Assembly (NCBI GenBank): GCA_002633005.1
Contig: NMRA01000246.1
Coordinates: 78,793-142,792 of the forward strand
Reading direction: 5' to 3'
Origin: Phoronis australis
Taxonomy: Eukaryota; Animalia; Phoronida
Length of the DNA: 64,000 nucleotides
Position 1 is the stretch's first letter; each line of letters starts with the position of its first letter. Below are positions 41,007 to 53,559 of this stretch, piece after piece. The notes below the pieces were generated by a model. It ran no database searches and had not been told where the DNA came from. It saw only the letters and a list, made by a program, of their open reading frames with translations. The position numbers were made by a program, and so were the translations under genes.

Positions 41007-44000
41007 GTAAGCCTCTCTACTTGATACCTGTGGTGACACCTATTGTTGCATATCTAGTGGCGTTTTGAGAATTGTTCTCGAGGGGATGGAGGGAAATCTG
41101 GCATCTATGGTGAAACTTTTTTACATGTTGATATTGTGTTGGATATTAACATTGAGAAACCGGCAAAATAAGTTGAAAATAGCGATTTGAAAAAGTGATA
41201 AATGATTATAGTCAGTCATTCAGCCTCTTATCCTGCCACTGTTGCGGACTCTGTGCACAAACCATGATTAACAATACTATAGTTTCACAATTGGCCACAC
41301 TGTCACTATTAATTAGCAGCGCCTAGTGTGATAGGTGCGTTTTCCTTCCTTCAACTTCATCGTCTGCTCACTAACCAGAAGGTGAAATGGGCGCTGGAAG
41401 ATAGTGACGCCTTCTCTGCGAATGTTGTCGGAAAATATCCGAGTTGTGACTCTGTTTTCTGTGCTCTATGCCATTACTAAGTCGGAAAAAACGTCTTTGT
41501 AAAGCAAATTCTCTACAAGTATGTTTTTAATGTTTATGAGTTTTTGTACTATTCTGAAATATTTTGTGCATTAATAAAAGAAGTGTGTCATTCCTTGCAT
41601 ACTGTAGTCTCCGGGTGGGCTGTCTTTCTCTTGCACTTGAATCTGGTCTTGTGCAGTTTAAATACTCTTACCTTAATGTGAAACAGTCCTAGAATGGTTA
41701 GAATGGTATATGTTGGTAGATCATATTATTGTTGCTTGTAATCAAAGATTGGCGCCCACTGTAATTATTAGCAAATGTTTTATAGCTTTATTGTTGTCAT
41801 CCTAGATGGCTTTTTGGTATTGAGGTCCTTTTACTATGTTTCACTTAGACAGTTAGATACATGTGTTCACCATTCTATGATTCCAAGCTAGTCTTGTTGT
41901 TGTTTCAAAAGGACAAGACAGTATTAGTGAGAGGACTGAGTTTCTGGTATCTTCCTCAGCACAAAATGAAATCACCGGCCTTGATTTCAGTAAATGTTTG
42001 ACAGATAACGCTGAGAAATGGCGATTTGTAATAAAATCACAAATACACTATGGATTTTGTTGTCTTACGAGTATGGCCAAAGCTCATAACTTTAAGTTTT
42101 GTATACCATCCAAAACTAATCCCAGAAATGTTTTTGGTTGTAAAACCAATAGTTTCCAAGTCTCAAAGGATGGTTGGTATAGTTTCCTCGGGCAGAGGCT
42201 AAGCTATAAGAAGATGGGGGAAGACTCTGGTAATTTTAGCCGACGCCCAAGGTTATAAGGATGGTCCCACATGCCTGGTAATCAGACACTGTTTTGTACT
42301 TATCCTTAAGCAATCAAAGTTTAGCTTAATGGATAACCTGGCACCTGAAAAATATATGCACTGTGATGTGATGTTTTTAGGATCATTCTATACCCTTTCC
42401 ATTTGTGTGTGATTTCAATTGTAGTTGTTCAATAGTGGTTCACGATATATCACATTATGTGCCATGCTCTCTGTTAAAACCATTGATCTGTTTTTGATCT
42501 TCCTTTAACCTTCTTGTCTGCAGTGAGCCTTATTTTTTTCTAAGCTGGTGGTCAATGCATTGAAGACTCTCGCCACTAAGAACCTGTTGGTCTTGGTATG
42601 CACATCAAGTACCAGCATATACCCAGCTGTCTTCTTATCTGCAATCACGCGTGAAACCCACCCGGAATTTCGCCTTTTTGTCTAATAGGAGAATTTTTGG
42701 AAACTTTCCTCACTGGTTTCACGTCATATCTGTTGAATACACCTGATTGCCATTGTGAATCTGTTTTTCTGCACCACTTTAAATTCTTGCACGCCCCTGG
42801 CATATGTTTTTAGCTCCTCATTGGTGATTGAGACATAGGCTGGTAGTTTGACCATGTGTTAATAAGGGCGTGGTCTTCCTTGATGGATCAGGTAAAACAA
42901 GTGACCTAGGCAAATTGCTGATCATCGTCTACCTCCAGCTCCACATTAGGTGTTAGCCACCAGCCATCTTGTTGTTTTAGACCCCTTGTTGTTATTGTGT
43001 TGCTGTAGTATTTTCAGTATTTGCTTAGGAAGCCAAGAGAGCTGATAAATGCAGGGTACTCCACATGTTGTGTACTGACATTGACCTGTATGCCATCCTG
43101 CCATTGGTCAAACCATGTGGTCAAGGGGAAGTCCACTGGTATTTCCAGTGGCCTGAGACCAGGTGGTAGCCATTCTGGTTTACCTGCTGCTACTGGTTAG
43201 CATTAGATGAGCACAACTAGTGATGTGTTGACTTACAGCTCAAGAAAATGACTGTCATATGTTGAACAAGTTTCTGGGAGCTGTCAGTTAAACAAGACTA
43301 CCCTGTTTCTGCTAGTGCCTTTGGATCCTGGACATTTTTGCCATGATAAAATTAGCCTTTTGGTTGACCTGATTTGTTTGGATGTTCTGGTGGCTTGTCG
43401 TCAGAACAAATTTGATCGATCACAAGAACTTTCAACGATATGAACTGCATTATGGCAAGATTGTGCCCTAGTTGGACGAAGTAACTTTTGAATGAACTTG
43501 TTTCTTACGTCTGTTCTTCGCTAAAGTTTATACCATGGCCATGTATTCGTATAACCGTGGACGAGAGTATGATCATCGCAACAAACTGCGCATCTTGTGG
43601 GAAATCGGAAAACAAAACTGCAAGAATATTCGCCAGCAGTGGACCAATCGCTTTCGAGGATCCGGTAAGGCATCGTGTTTTTAAGTGGCTGTGCTGAATG
43701 GAGCCAAGTACACCAGGAGTGCCTAATCTTAGTGTTTGGAGGTAGTGGAGCCCTCTTATTTTGATTGGAAAACTTTTTTTGTCATTTAGTGGATTTTATG
43801 TGTAGTGTTGTTAGTTGTTATCTGATAAATTGAGAATTAGTAGTTATAAGCATCAGTTTTGTAGGTCATGAATGTTAAAGTTTAGCAGGTTTTAAAAAAA
43901 AATCGAAGTAGGTGTTTCGCTCTCATAAAATCGGTCTCACTCGTGATTCTTTTCCTTGTTAACAAGAACGTTCAAACCATCAGCCACTCAAGAAAACACT

Positions 44001-45074
44001 TAAGAGTTTATTGTGGTTGGATAACTCGACAATTGCAGAATTGAAAATGGCGCGTGTTCTTATTGCCTATGACTTGAGTTGCCGGCTCATCCACGAATAA
44101 TTCTCAATCGGATGAGCGTTGTTATGTGTTAAACCCCCAAAGCGCTTCTGTAAAAAAATCAATCTTGACAGCTAAATAGTGACGAAAGGCAGCTTGGTGT
44201 TAAAAGTTTTGTTTGCTTCAGATGTGCAGTGTTTTGATTACACTTGTTTCGGAAATGCATTTGAAATGTCTGCTTATTTACTGTAGAAAACTGAATATCA
44301 AACTGTGGAACCTGTGTACTTGTGACTATTACTGAAACTTCATATTCAAGTGATTCTGTAACATGCATAGGACATTGACTTACTATTTATGGCCACTTCT
44401 CAGCTATGAATTAACATTACATGTTCAAAATAAATAGGGACCATGGAGTACATAAATCCTGCAGGCCTCATTAGCACTAGTAGTAAAGTGTAGTGATTCT
44501 GTTGGTCTATTTTAAGCTGCTTTCACGTTTGAGTTGGGACTAATCTCCTGTTAGAACATATTTTCGATTAGCAAGATCACCTATCACGATTGTAAACTAC
44601 TGTCTGTCCTACTAAACTCTGCTAAAAATTTGTTTTCATAATTGTGAAACCCGTAAGCTCTGTAATCAGTAAAAATGTTTTCTTGTGCAACCCTCTCAAT
44701 AGTCAGGACTCTTTTCCGACTTATTTTTTGGAATGATTTTATTGGAGCAGCCCTACCCGACATTTATGCTTGGCTCGGGGAGGACAATCCACGGTAGTCT
44801 AAACCTTTTACACTTCGCTAATGTAATTGGAATAACTGAAGTACTCTCCCTAATCTGGTCTTTTTGAACAGGTTATTCTTAGTACTATGCTAAATTTAAG
44901 CTTACATAAATCACCTTTTGCATTGGGCGTCCAATTTTGTAATCATGAAAACATGATAGTCCACCTTTCGAACTCCGTAATGGAAAATGCCTTCAAGTCT
45001 AGATTGCTCCGTTATTTAGTTATCTGATTGTTGAGTGCTTGGAATGACAACTATTCCTTCACTTTTGCCATGTT

Positions 45075-45677
45075 ACATTTGTACTGTAAGAGGACTCAAC
45101 GCCTGGATTTTGAGGCCTCATTTCGGACCATTCCCTCATGAAAAGTTTTTTATAAATAGAGCAAAACTGACCTCCAATTTTTAAAAGATTACGCTAAGTA
45201 AGGCTAGAATCAAAATGTTGGTCTTGGCTACTCTCTGAGGCATTGCTGATTATGGTTGAGGGGGGGGGGGGNNNNNNNNNNNNNNNNNNNNNNNNNNNNN
45301 NNNNNNNNNNNNNNNNNNNNNNNNNNNNNNNNNNNNNNNNNNNNNNNNNNNNNNNNNNNNNNNNNNNNNNNNNNNNNNNNNNNNNNNNNNNNNNNNNNNN
45401 NNNNNNNNNNNNNNNNNNNNNNNNNNNNNNNNNNNNNNNNNNNNNNNNNNNNNNNNNNNNNNNNNNNNNNNNNNNNNNNNNNNNNNNNNNNNNNNNNNNN
45501 ACATTTGTACTGTAAGAGGACTCAACGCCTGGATTTTGAGGCCTCATTTCGGACCATTCCCTCATGAAAAGTTTTTTATAAATAGAGCAAAACTGACCTC
45601 CAATTTTTAAAAGATTATGCTAAGTAAGGCTAGAATCAAAATGTTGGTCTTGGCTACTCTCTGAGGCATTGCTGATT
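45075..45677. repeat. 177-bp duplication flanking a gap (45075-45251 vs 45501-45677); probable assembly artefact
   Basis: Copies differ at one visible position (ttacgc/ttatgc), and both run into poly-G next to Ns. Confidence 0.85.
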
Positions 45678-46696
45678 NGGGGGGGGGGGGGGTTTAAGCG
45701 CACTGTAGTGGTCCAATTTTCATTTGTCCAGTTTTGTGTTTTACTGGTTCTTTCCTAACTGAGCTGTAATGGGTGCAAAATGTGTCACAACTTCGACCAA
45801 CCTAATTTACATTATTTTAACTAATTCTTTACATGTGTACACATCAGTGGCTGAACACTGTTTCATCAGTTCATAGGTTATAGGTCACTTTTGCCTGTAG
45901 CTGCCATCCATTAAGCTAACACATGACTTGTGTTGACAGTGGCAGGAATCAATGATGGTTTGATTGTGCTATCATCATCATTGTTGCTCATTACACAGTG
46001 CTTTAGTTGCTGATTGACTGTCATATGTTGACTGACTGGGTAATATTGACCATGGGAAATCAAATAATATTGTAGTCGGTCAACACATGGTGATTAGATT
46101 TGTGGCTTGTCGATTTCATTGGTAAATATTTGATGTTGCTGATCTTGTGTTCGTTTTTTCTGTATCTTCCAAAGACAACAATGATATTTACTCACATGTG
46201 AGACTTCCGAGGGGAATCCTCATTGTGAAAGTTAGACTAGGTTCCCAGCAAAGGTGTCGTCTCGTCAGTAAATGGGTCAGGTAAGGATACCCTCTGACGG
46301 CCCTTATAGGAAGCATATTTAGGACACTTAGTAAGAGGTTCCCATCACAGTAGTAGGGGATACCCAGCGAAGGGATGGTCTCTTTGAGAAAATTTAATAG
46401 CTCGCTGTTTCCAAAGATGGTGTTTCTTGTAATTTGCTAATTTTCTCAGGTGCCCCTGGTCTGTCCACCGTTTTTCTGTTTGTCCTCATTTCAGTAGGTA
46501 AATATTTGCCTTCTTCCAACACTGCTGCACAATTCTCACATGTCAATGCTTGCCATCTATTGTTTGCTCGTTATAAGTATGGTCGCCAGCTAAAATGTAA
46601 TTAGTGGGGGGTAGCACCGGTTTTGGGGAAGATCCTCATTGATACTGGTGATTTGTGATTGAAAGCCCCAAGCTATTTATTTGGAAAATTACATGC

Positions 46697-47037
46697 TTTT
46701 TATGCGCCCACATATTTATATGTGGACGCATTATGCCGTCATCTCTGTCCGTCCGTCCGTCCGTCCGTCCGTCCGTCCGTCCGGGCGGCGTCCGTCCGGC
46801 GTCCGGCGTCCGGCGTCTGGCGTCCGGCGTCCGCTGCTCTATCTCCAAAACCCTTTGACATACGTTCATGAAATTTGGCACCTATNGACAAGGACCATGC
46901 CTTTCCATTTTGCAAAGTACAACATACCACATATATGCCCTCTACTAGCCACTTTATGGTACCAATAAACAACCCTAGAAGGATACCGTATGCGGTGCAA
47001 TTGTGGGCGCATTTCAACGCTCTGCGTTGCTCTTGTT
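46697..47037 (+). mobile_element. Non-autonomous Helentron (HINE/DINE-1-like) element
   Basis: T-rich 5' end with palindrome atgcgcccacatat..atatgtggacgcat, then (GTCC)n and (GTCCGGC)n microsatellites. 3' subterminal inverted repeat tgtgggcgcat (47002-47012), hairpin caacgc-tct-gcgttg and ctcttgtt end. A single N at 46886 indicates collapsed internal sequence. Confidence 0.85.
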
Positions 47038-47074
47038 ACTTTTCTAGTAGTCAAATATAAGGCTGGGTGTATTT

Positions 47075-49146
47075 TCGGAAACGGAGATCTATAAACATGA
47101 AATATTTCAGCGACGTCAATATGGGACGAGCACCTGAAGGTGTACTTTGTAGAAAAGACAAAAGCATGGCGAAACCTGATGAAGTATTTTTCATATTCGG
47201 TACCCTTACAAACTCTGGATATTTTTAATTGTGTCTCCAAAAGAAGCCCCATGGCCTACATTTTGGGGCTTGTTGGCAGAAATTCCGGGTACCAAGATAT
47301 CTTTGCCATCCTGTTTGAGGTCTGTTCAATGTATGTATAGGGAAAGTCACTGTTTTTTATGTTACCTTAATAAAAATACTGGTTCCTGTTAATCTTGGAG
47401 AGACATTCTTTCGTTTTCATTTCTTTTCTCTTGGTGTATATTTACTGTCCATGAACTAATATAGAATGACATCAACTGCCCAGCAAAACGTGCATACCTT
47501 GGTTCTATATCGTTAGGAAATGCAAATGACCAGCAGACTCTTGTTCAGTTGCTTGTTGGAGGTTGTGTTTCCTGAGTGGAGGTCAAGAGTACAGAACGAA
47601 GATACGTACCAGCCTGTAGGTGCACTGTTCACGTCACTATCTATTGCCCCTTGGGTAGTACCGTAAATACATGCTAGGCAAGCAGTAATTAACTTGGAAA
47701 AATCCATCTCCATGGTAAACAGGGACATCTATTTTTATTAAAGGCATCAACAGAGGGCGGTGGTGCTTCTCTGATTGTGGCGGGAAGCACAGCTCGACGT
47801 CTGCTTGATGTTGGGGAAAGCAAATGGTGGGCTTTGGTCTGCACTTGTAGTAAACAATATGTAGGACATTATCAACTGCATTTTGCACAATATCTACACA
47901 CTGTAGGTTTAAATTCAGTAAAAGTATATATTTCCTGAAAGTAGAAAGTTTGTAAAGACTTTTTACTTTATTCCAATCTGCCATTAAATGGGTTACATAA
48001 CCATATGTTTCAGTAATGTTTATTCATCACCAATGGTATCTGTAACATATTAACTCAGTTTCATCTCTGTAATGAATCTTCAAAATAAAATCTCTTGAAA
48101 TTCTGTTTTCTAAACTTCGATTTCGTTTCATGGAATTTGTTTTTTTTTTTTTCATAAAAATAAAAGTATTTTTGTCCACTTCTTTTGTAAAGGTGGAACA
48201 TTTAAAAACAATACCTAAGATCGGTTTGGCAAGCAGTGTGTTGTCGGAAAATTCGGTATGAATCTGATCAACCATTTCTAAGATGTTGTGATCTGAATTT
48301 AGCCAAACTAAGAATTTTTCTAGGATTCTACATAACCTGAAGTGTCTTCCTTTAACACTTATGTTTATGAGGATTGTCCAGCCATTGTAAATGCGTATCT
48401 GTGGAAATTTCAGTGGATATGGCGTTTGATTATTTCCATCTAAACTATAAAATATAGAGATCATTTCAAATCGACCAACCAGTTTGATAGCAGGTCAATA
48501 TTCAGTAGTAATTCATACACTCTAAAAGCTGATTTCTAAGGTTGGTCACCATTGGTGCCTCCTGTCAACATCATGCCTGGGTGGCTGCTGCAGAGAACCT
48601 GTTGTATTTTCATGTAAGGATGGTTTCAAACTTCGATGATATCAACAATGTCAGATACATTTAATGTTTTCATTGGAAGTGAGTCATGGAATGAATAGCA
48701 AATGGCATACATTGTTTTGAGAGTTAGAGAGATTCCCATGTGGGAAGCAGTGTGTAGTGGTATACTGAGGCACGACCCTGAATGACATTTGCACTGCTTT
48801 TTCAGCCGGAGTATCATTTCTACTTTTTCATGGCCTGTGTTCTATTGGTTCCCTGTGGCAGTTATAAACTGTATTCATCTATGCTATTTACGTTGTTTTA
48901 TCTGTGGTTATTACTGTATGCCTATCAAGGGTGCCCTGTTTTGTTAACCATTGGACTATGTGTTAAATACACACCATGGAATTTTGATCTGGTTTCAAGA
49001 TCCAGTTTCAGTTTTTATGCTTGGTGTACTCTTGCATGCAGAAGTAGTTGGAAAGCACAAGGTATGGCAATGCGCATTGATACTATGTAGAACTTGTAAT
49101 GTTGTATTTGTACATAGGCCTAGGGCGCCTGCTAAAGGTAAAGCCC
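47075..49146 (-). pseudogene. Decayed intronless ORF, putative ankyrin + Mab-21/cGAS-like receptor (cGLR) pseudogene, antisense in the intron after exon 8
   Basis: Chain of minus-strand ORF fragments broken by stops and frameshifts. Residual motifs in order: NVNSIDEY / GHEKVEMIL / PLHTASHMG (ankyrin-like), then KPILG..STFTKEVD..TFIF, HHRPLL..IKIDVP, WSFAF..IE, NIKNSDF..YIE, W-YPEFL, KYFI, AEIFHVYRSP. Boundaries are approximate and recognition is by eye only. Confidence 0.55.
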
Positions 49147-50140
49147 NCATAAAAATAAAAGTATTTTTGTCCACTTCTTTTGTAAAGGTGGAACATTTAA
49201 AAACAATACCTAAGATCGGTTTGGCAAACAGTGTGTTGTCGGAAAATTCGGTATGAATCTGATCAGCCATTTCTAAGTTTTTTTGATCTGAATTTAGCCA
49301 AACTAAGAATTTTTCTAGGATTCTACATAACCTGAAGTGTCTTCCTTTAACACTTATGTTTATGAGGATTGTCCAGCCATTGGAAATGTGTATCTGTGGA
49401 AATTTCAATGGATATGGCGTTTGATTATTTCCATCTAAACTATAAAATATAGAGATCATTTCAAATCGACCAACCAGTTTGATAGCAGGTCAATATTTAG
49501 TAGTAATTCCTACACTCTAAAAGCTGATTTCTAAGGTTAGTCACCATTGGTGCCTCCTGTCAACATCATGCCTGAGTGGTTGCTGCAGAGAACCTGTTGT
49601 ATTTTCATGTAAGGATGGTTTCAAACTTCGATGATATCAACAATGTCAGATACATTCAATGTTTTCATTGGAAGTGAGTCATGGAATGAATAGCAAATGG
49701 CATACATTGTTTTGAGAGTTGAGAGGCTCCCATGTGGGAAGCAGTGTGTAGTGGTATACTGAGGCACGACCCTGAATGACATTTGCACTGCTTTTTCAGC
49801 CGGAGTATCATTTCTACTTTTTCACGGCCTGTGTTCTTTTGGTTCCCTGTGGCAGTTATAAACTGTATTCATCTATGCTATTTACGTTGTTTTATCTGTG
49901 GTTATTACTGTATGCCTATCAAGGGTGCCCTGTTTTGTTAACCATTGGACTATGTGTTAAATACACACCATGGAATTTTGATCTGGTTTCAAGATCCAGT
50001 TTCAGTTTTTATGCTTGGTGTACTCTTGCATGCAGAAGTAGTTGGAAAGCACAAGGTATGGCAATGCGCATTGATACTATGTAGAACTTGTAATGTTGTA
50101 TTTGTAAATAGGCCTAGGGCGCCTGCTAAAGGTAAAGCCC
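48153..50140. repeat. ~1-kb duplication across a single N (48153-49146 vs 49148-50140); probable uncollapsed haplotypes
   Basis: The copies abut at N 49147 with scattered SNPs, which gives paired ORFs in the track. Confidence 0.85.
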
Positions 50141-52935
50141 CTTATGCAGAAAAGTTTCAATCTTATGTGTTTTTTTCTAATTGCTGGTGAATTCATCAGT
50201 TACCAAGGTTTCCAAAAAATAGTTCAGAATAATCAGTCACTAATGATTAGGTGTCGTAAAATGTAACCCGTTCTCCAAGTCTTGACTCATCTAAACTTAT
50301 AATATAGTTGGACTCCTTATCATTCGAGTCAGTTTTGATGGAAGGGTCCTCTATATAGGTATGGTGTACAAGGGCTTTATCTTAAAATATATATTGCATT
50401 GGTCAGTCCTGTAACATTTCAAGTTAAAACTTATGAATACATCGTAGTTCAGATTCACTCAATTCTGTTCTTGAAAATAGATAGCATTTTTTCTGTCGGT
50501 GTGGATAAATTTTTGCCTTCAATCCTAGCCATTACTATTGATCTGCTCGGTAATGTTTGCTATTCATAAAAAATCCCACCGCAATTGTTAGGCAGTTTCA
50601 CGCAGCTGATCCAGTTTGCTTATTAGATCAAAAGGTGTGTGACATTCTGTTATTAGGTAACACTGAACCTCTCCCCCTCCCCAAGGTTATCAAGATGAGA
50701 AGATCCTGTTACATCTGGATAGTATTGTAGTAACTAATTATATTTTGACACCTTTTATATCAAATGTGTGTCAATCAATGGTGTAGAGGCAACAGATTCT
50801 TATTTTATTTCCCAGCTCAGTAAGTAGTCTGTCTGGTTCAATGCACTGTAGTTTTGACCAATAGTGCATTTAGTTAAGGTTTCTGGTGGCTCAACACATT
50901 TTTCATGTTAATTATGCCAAATTATGATCAACAAGTTTAGACTCCTGTCTGCAGCCAGTGTCTGCAGTCTTTGGTTATTACTGACACCAGCCATGTAGTT
51001 TGATACAATATTACCCTCTGGCTTCCTTTTCCTGTGGTGACCCCTAGGGGCCATTGAGGTCAGTTGTGTGTTTAGACCAGAGCTGAGTTCCCTGATGCAA
51101 GAATCTTGTCAAGGAAGCTAAACAAATGTGATCATGTGCTTCGCTTGTATTATATTGTGATATCTTGCGCGTTCTTGCATTTTTTGCGAGGTATTCGTGT
51201 CTATGGAATACAAATCTCTGACCTGTGCTATTGGCATTTTCATTGGACAGTATTGGTCTCATCTTTTGAACTTCCAACAAAGCATTTATTGGACAGTCTT
51301 TAAATGGACGCAGGTGTGTTGTGGAGCTTGGACTAGTCGAGATGTAATGACACTGGTAAATTTGTACCCGCTTGAGCCTGAGTTTTTTCTTACTACCATT
51401 TGAAACTTATGTCCCTTGTGGGTGCGGATTGTGACCAAATTAAGATGTACCCAAACATATTGGATTATTTTATTCCCAGACTATTATTGTTAGCCTGTCA
51501 AGCTGTCTCTTGCTGGGCCCAGCCTCTGAGTATTTGTTTGGTCTGTCCTTGGTGACCCTTAAAGGTGTTTTCAGAGTGTGGTCAGTGGACTGTAATAAAC
51601 TGTAACTGCATGTAAACAGTGAGTCTACCATTTGTCTTTTATTGATAGAAATGTGATGGCATAGTTGTGGCTACCAGAATATCTTGTCAGTGGCTATGCT
51701 AGGCACTGCATCATATTGACATTTCAGAATGTTGTGTGAAGTACCTCATGGTACATGTGTAAAAAGTTTGATTTTGTAAACTTTTCTGTCACCGTGCCAT
51801 CTTGTGTATGGTGTAGCCCGCTGGCATCAACTCGGAAGGTGTCATTTTGCACATGTAGTCCGTTTGTCCCAGGGCTCCTAATAAAATTTGAGAGCATTAG
51901 TTTTCTACTACGTTGTTTATTGCTCCTTCATAAATCTGTAATCTCGTGAGTTTGTTATGGTCGTTTTTACTTGCAAAATATTGTTGTACAAACTCTAATG
52001 GGTCGGTTAGTGTAAACACAATGAGTTCATTTTTTACTGTTCTCATTTATGACAATCGTAAATGTGCTAAAATTACTTCGACTGTTGGTCCAGACAACAA
52101 TTGTGTTGAGGAATTTAACTTATTTAATCTGTCTGCCTGGAGTCTGAATCTGAGGCGAAGTGTATCGGTAAATCTTGGGTGATGAAGATGGTGAATGCTG
52201 TTGGTATCTCAAATTTCTGTCAGAAATGAGAATAAGTTGCTAGTATTTGTGTTTCTGTGAGACCATATGTTGCCATGACATCTTGTATGGTCACATGGTA
52301 AACAGCTTGTTGTTGTAGACAACTTTGGGATAGCACAATTACGGTACACCTGTTGGTGGAAATGTGTTACAAATATCATATTACTGCCTTCAAAGTGCTC
52401 ATTCTGACATAACAGTGACATTCATCAACTGAACTTGCTGACTTTGGGATTGGGTGTTACTTTTGCAAGTGCAAATTTGCTATCATTATGTTCTTGTCTC
52501 CTTGAAAACATGCTTGCAGAAATTCCTGAACTTGAAAATGGGGATTTTTCCAAAACATGACAAACCCGCGCACATATATATATTCAACAATCTGAGTAAT
52601 GCCTGTCTGCTTCTTGATACAGGCAGTCACTTGATGATGAACTAATCAGTGAGGTCGGCTGACTAAATGAAAATGGACATGAACCTAGAAAGTTAAGAGA
52701 ATACCTGACAACTAACCTGCTCTTGGTTTGGTGCCTTATTGAAGAAATAAACCCGTTTTCGTTGGTGGTCACCAAGTAGCTGTTAAAAAGTGCCTGTGTC
52801 TCCATGAAAATTTCATTCACTAATTTATGTTTTTTACCTATAAAGATTAGTATTGTATACTATGCCATTGCCGTACTCATGAGCCCTTATTTAGAGAGAA
52901 TATGTCAAAGTAATTTGTATTTGTCTCCCTTGCAG

Positions 52936-53030
52936 AAGCCAGCACGGCACTGACGGCCCGAGCTTTACAAGACTTTGGCAACCCGTATGAACCAAACACA
53001 TTCTTCTTCCAGCAAGGTGAATTCATCAAG
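52936..53030 (+). CDS. CASKIN: Caskin-like exon 9 (95 nt), SH3 N-half: (E)ASTALTARALQDFGNPYEPNTFFFQQGEFIK
   Basis: ttgtctcccttgcag acceptor and AAG|gtatgt donor. ALxDF..GExI SH3 pattern, in frame with exon 8. Confidence 0.92.
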
Positions 53031-53559
53031 GTATGTGTTCCCAATGGTGTTACTGCCCAGGTAATGTCATGAAAACAAGGTATATTCTCAGGATATATAT
53101 AATAAGAACTTATTGAAGGTTTCACTGTATTCTACGAGTTTCCTTGTTACACTAACAGTGCACAAACAGTCAATTGCTTAGTGAAGTTGTCTGTTCATTT
53201 TTGCATATTACTTATTTATGTGTCCTGGAATATATATCTAATTAAATGTTTTGCTAATTAGATGTAGACTAAAATAGTACTTAAATACATGGGATTGTCT
53301 GGCAAATAATGTACCATTTTGTCACTATTTTACATTTGGATTTTGATGTTTTTGTTGTCCTACTACGAATATGTGTGTGTGGGTGTGTGAAATTTGACAT
53401 TTCGTATTGATGGAACTTCATCTGGGGATCTGATGTCAGGACATCTGGTGTCCAGCATGCCCTGCTGTATCTCCTAAACAACATGCAGGATCTTTGTGAG
53501 ATTTGGCAGATGTGTTCCTGTGAAGCTGTCAAGGAGTTAATTATTTAATGACTGGTCCA

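Noticed and set aside
43488-43697. CxxC..FEDPVRHRVFKW resembling a THAP-domain start
   Set aside because: There is no downstream CxxHF motif and no transposase continuation; the match is too weak.
46636-47017. Overlapping Arg/Pro-rich ORFs (SVRP/RTDG repeats)
   Set aside because: They are translations of the GTCC microsatellite in the Helentron-type element.
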